In this document: piece by piece, positions 61,101 to 64,000 of the stretch
Layout of the letters: each line of letters begins with the position of its first letter
How positions within the stretch are numbered: position 1 is the stretch's first letter
Source of the DNA: Candidatus Latescibacterota bacterium
GTDB taxonomy: Bacteria; Latescibacterota; UBA2968; UBA8231
DNA: 64,000 nt
Direction: 5' to 3'
Assembly: GCA_965242865.1 (NCBI GenBank)
Contig: CBDETK010000013.1
Span: 2,976,001 to 3,040,000 of the forward strand
The notes under the pieces: generated by a model
Databases searched by the model: none
Seen by the model: only the letters and a program-made list of their open reading frames with translations
What the model was told of the DNA's origin: nothing
Program-made: the position numbers and the translations under genes

Positions 61101-62017
61101 TTTGCTATCTCCCATCGAATTAGTTTGACCAGTTTGCCGTTCACTCGCATCCCATCCTCCAAATAGCGGCGTTCAAGCCATTCTGGAGACGATGCTTTAT
61201 CTGGCAGCAATTCAGTAGAAAGCCGTTCGCTAAGAATCTCTTTCCTTGGCCGTATTGAGGTGATTTGTAGATTCCCAGAAACTTCTCGTCGAATCGTCGC
61301 GGGTGCGAGTCTAATTTCGCCTAGATAGGTTTTTACAAACTCGTTCATCTTCATCTCAAAAGCCTGAAAAGAGATACTCAGTTCCTTACAAACAGTATGC
61401 GCTAAAATACCCAAGTTCGCATAACCAGATGTTTTCTCTGTCTGGCAATAACTCTCCCGGCAAACTGTTTTGAAGCATTCCAACAAGGGCATCTCTTCAT
61501 CCCACTCTCCGCCCCAATAGATAACTTCTTCAAAAGGCGAACGGTATGCGTGTCCTACGGATACTGCCCATCTCCAAAACGTATCAAGGGCAACGAAGGT
61601 GATATTATATTTCTGTTTTAATCTATGCCCTAAATTCCTGCGAGCCTCCTTATCCTGACGCTGGGGAATTTCAATCTCTCTTTCGTGCTCCAGACAGTTG
61701 AGGAACCGCGCATAAGGTGGATAATTTTTCAATCCTTGATTCATCGACAATAAATAGTCTCCAGAGTTCCAAGCGCGAATAAAATTATGGAAATCCTCGG
61801 TTAAACACAATATATCCTGATTTTGCTTACTTTGAACTAACCAGTTCGATGCTTCAAAGACGCGCAGGATGTCTCTCACTCGTCGTGCGAGGCGTTTTAT
61901 GTTTCCCTGACTCTCAATAATTCTGTGGAATGTGTTCAGTGAGAGTCGGCTTTCGACACGGTGAGTCTCAATAGCGTCGGCAACAGACAGCAATTTATTT
62001 ATAGTAATCGGGTCCAA
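61097..62017 (-). CDS. Hypothetical protein
   Basis: 306-aa ORF, 3 nt after the PIN gene and overlapping the ATPase start; low GC. Confidence 0.75.
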   Translation of the reverse strand: MDPITINKLLSVADAIETHRVESRLSLNTFHRIIESQGNIKRLARRVRDILRVFEASNWLVQSKQNQDILCLTEDFHNFIRAWNSGDYLLSMNQGLKNYPPYARFLNCLEHEREIEIPQRQDKEARRNLGHRLKQKYNITFVALDTFWRWAVSVGHAYRSPFEEVIYWGGEWDEEMPLLECFKTVCRESYCQTEKTSGYANLGILAHTVCKELSISFQAFEMKMNEFVKTYLGEIRLAPATIRREVSGNLQITSIRPRKEILSERLSTELLPDKASSPEWLERRYLEDGMRVNGKLVKLIRWEIAK

Positions 62018-62020
62018 TCC

Positions 62021-63103
62021 TCAGAACTCCCGTATTTCCATCACGTCGTAAGCAAAGAATCCTCCACGCGCTTGTGAATAGTAAACGAGTTCATATTTGC
62101 GTTTTTTATTCTCAAGACGAATCGTACTGAAGACCTGAGCCAAATCCCACAGTAGATAATGTACAGGCGTCAGGACCACCCTGCTGTTATGAGAGTAGTA
62201 TCGAATAGATCTAAGCTTTGAAGGTAGTGATGGAACGCCGATGTGAAGACTTCCTTGGTTCTCTAAGGTCGCAAGTGAAGCCATATCCTTGTCCCCAGTG
62301 ATAAGATAGGATCCTTGGATCAACTCCCGGTCTCGCTTGAGGGTCTTCAGACTTTCGATAATCAGTCGGTCAATGTTTGAGTTACCATTGGACTGACCTA
62401 GGTGTTCAGAGAGGGTCGTTAGCATCTCTACGGGTCGCCACTGGCGGATATGATTCAATTCTCGGCTAATGACTGAGACCTGTGGACGCTTCTCGAGTAC
62501 GTCACATTTCCCAAGGTGAGGCTTCTTACCGCTGTCCGTTTCTCTCCATATCTTATTCAATTCGCTTACCTGTCGTTGCACTTCGATCATGACGAAAACC
62601 GGGACGACGGTCCAAATTAGCACGTTGGATAGGGTTTTGTGCAAGAAAGAGATCACTGCCCGGCGCAAGGCACTTGTGTCAGCGACAAGTATTAAATAAC
62701 CATGCTCTGAGAGTTTTTTCATCACTTTCCGAAACTCCATCTCGACGCCTTGATCTTTCATTAGGCAAAATTCCGGGCGTAGAAGTCCAGTCCGTACCAT
62801 GCTATCGGCGAGTTGATCGAGTATGATTGTTTGTGCTCGATTCGCTTGTTTTTGTTCATCTTTTTTCTTTTCAGCCAACTTAGAGAAACGACTTTTGATT
62901 TTTTTATTTGACACAGGCGAAAAAGTAAAAGGTAAAATCGGATAGCGTCGTACAATTTCCTCATCTGCATCAATTGTAATATCGCCAAGTTTCACATATT
63001 CTTTTTCAGGCAGGTGTGTACCATCTGTGTAAGAAACTTTCCATTCACCCCAGAGTGGGTATCTGGCAATGAATTCGTCTAAATTGAGTGATCGGCTATC
63101 CAT
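62021..63103 (-). CDS. PIN-domain protein
   Basis: ILVADTSAL, VVPVFVMIEV, IDRLII, LITGDKDM: the PIN acidic residues in order. Confidence 0.75.
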   Translation of the reverse strand: MDSRSLNLDEFIARYPLWGEWKVSYTDGTHLPEKEYVKLGDITIDADEEIVRRYPILPFTFSPVSNKKIKSRFSKLAEKKKDEQKQANRAQTIILDQLADSMVRTGLLRPEFCLMKDQGVEMEFRKVMKKLSEHGYLILVADTSALRRAVISFLHKTLSNVLIWTVVPVFVMIEVQRQVSELNKIWRETDSGKKPHLGKCDVLEKRPQVSVISRELNHIRQWRPVEMLTTLSEHLGQSNGNSNIDRLIIESLKTLKRDRELIQGSYLITGDKDMASLATLENQGSLHIGVPSLPSKLRSIRYYSHNSRVVLTPVHYLLWDLAQVFSTIRLENKKRKYELVYYSQARGGFFAYDVMEIREF

Positions 63104-63509
63104 CAGTGATTCTCACTTCGTATTTAGAATGCGGGAAATGATTCTGCAAAATTTCTGTTACGACAGCGGATAGTACCGTGCTTGATTTCAACTTCAACAT
63201 GAAAACTCCTTCAGATCCCTCTTCCGAGTCCATTTGCGACTTTAGTTGGTCAAAAACTTTCTCTTTTAGCGAAGTTGGCAAATAAAAATCGACCTCTCTT
63301 TCATCCGAGACAGGTTCTTGGGTTTCAGGGTCCACCGAATCTAGTGTTGCCACGGTATCTGAAAGACAATCCAAATTAATCGTAACCTTGTTTTGCTCTT
63401 TCCATTCCTGAAAGTCAAGCATAGATAAATCAGGCACGGAGTAGGTCGCAATGGGGTCCTGTTTCGAGCATTCAATAAATTCAAAAATTTCAATAATTTC
63501 CAGTTTCAT
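63096..63509 (-). CDS. Acidic hypothetical protein (137 aa)
   Basis: ATG at 63509 after AAAGGA; overlaps both neighbours. Confidence 0.7.
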   Translation of the reverse strand: MKLEIIEIFEFIECSKQDPIATYSVPDLSMLDFQEWKEQNKVTINLDCLSDTVATLDSVDPETQEPVSDEREVDFYLPTSLKEKVFDQLKSQMDSEEGSEGVFMLKLKSSTVLSAVVTEILQNHFPHSKYEVRITDG

Positions 63510-63981
63510 CGAAGTTCCTTTCGTCAAGAGCGTAGGGATCTTCTCCCCACAGCCATTTTTTAAGTTGCGTCTGCCTTTTACCCATCGGGCCGTAAGCAAC
63601 AATTGCTTCCCTATGGGCTTGCAAGCCCTCAAGTGCCTTCAGATAGGCTTTACCCAGTACAAAACAGACTGAAATGTAGTTGTCGCGTCGAATATCTGAA
63701 AATACTGTGGCGATTTGAGGCCGTAATTCTGCGATACGCGATGTATTCAGCTTGCGGTCGTACAATGCGGTTGAGAAATCGCCCGGAATAAGCCCATAGG
63801 CTGCGGATAAGATATATACATCAAGCAGCCTTGCTTGACGGGGACGTTCGCGAAGGAAACGACGTAATACGAAGAATAACGGGCCGTTGTATCTATCAAT
63901 CGCCGGTAATGGCTCGTGTGAAGCGCGTTTGCGTTGCGAGCACGATAGGATAAGTAAGCGTCGTTTTCCATTCATGGTCAT
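63490..63981 (-). CDS. DUF6884/YaaA-like protein
   Basis: LILSCSQRK, LPAIDRYNGPLF, ILSAAYGLI, YD, LGKAY. Confidence 0.7.
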   Translation of the reverse strand: MTMNGKRRLLILSCSQRKRASHEPLPAIDRYNGPLFFVLRRFLRERPRQARLLDVYILSAAYGLIPGDFSTALYDRKLNTSRIAELRPQIATVFSDIRRDNYISVCFVLGKAYLKALEGLQAHREAIVAYGPMGKRQTQLKKWLWGEDPYALDERNFDETGNY

Positions 63982-64000
63982 TCTACAGATGCAATTTCCG

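Noticed and set aside
61100-61115. Alternative ATPase start MGDSK giving an N-terminal Gly as a possible modification site
   Set aside because: The ATGA-coupled start at 61100 is more parsimonious and no QueC-like gene is visible in the island.

Overview
High-GC (roughly 65%) diderm bacterial chromosome segment. The many PhyH dioxygenases, MDR dehydrogenases, enolase-superfamily and amidohydrolase genes resemble a Latescibacterota/Gemmatimonadota-like heterotroph (inference only). Core genes include metG, coxD/coxE/xdhC with moaA, a FolC-ATP-grasp fusion, queC/queE, tamB with a BamA/TamA barrel, ilvD, tmRNA and the distal suf operon (sufC-D-S-U-sufT-rrf2). Several lower-GC accessory micro-islands without an integrase are interspersed; three are bounded by slightly diverged duplicate copies of the neighbouring host gene's terminus. 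The leading candidate for a new system is the low-GC, tightly coupled minus-strand operon at 58746-63981, which continues past the window edge: DUF6884-like protein, hypothetical, PIN domain, hypothetical, P-loop ATPase, and a tRNA-guanine-transglycosylase-fold protein, followed by an ABC-type ATPase pair, all directly upstream of sufC. A second candidate is an unannotated ~285-nt structured transcript (3759-4045) with a near-perfect 16-nt complement to the 16S rRNA 3' end followed by a 12-codon ORF. All family assignments come from motifs read by eye; no searches were run.
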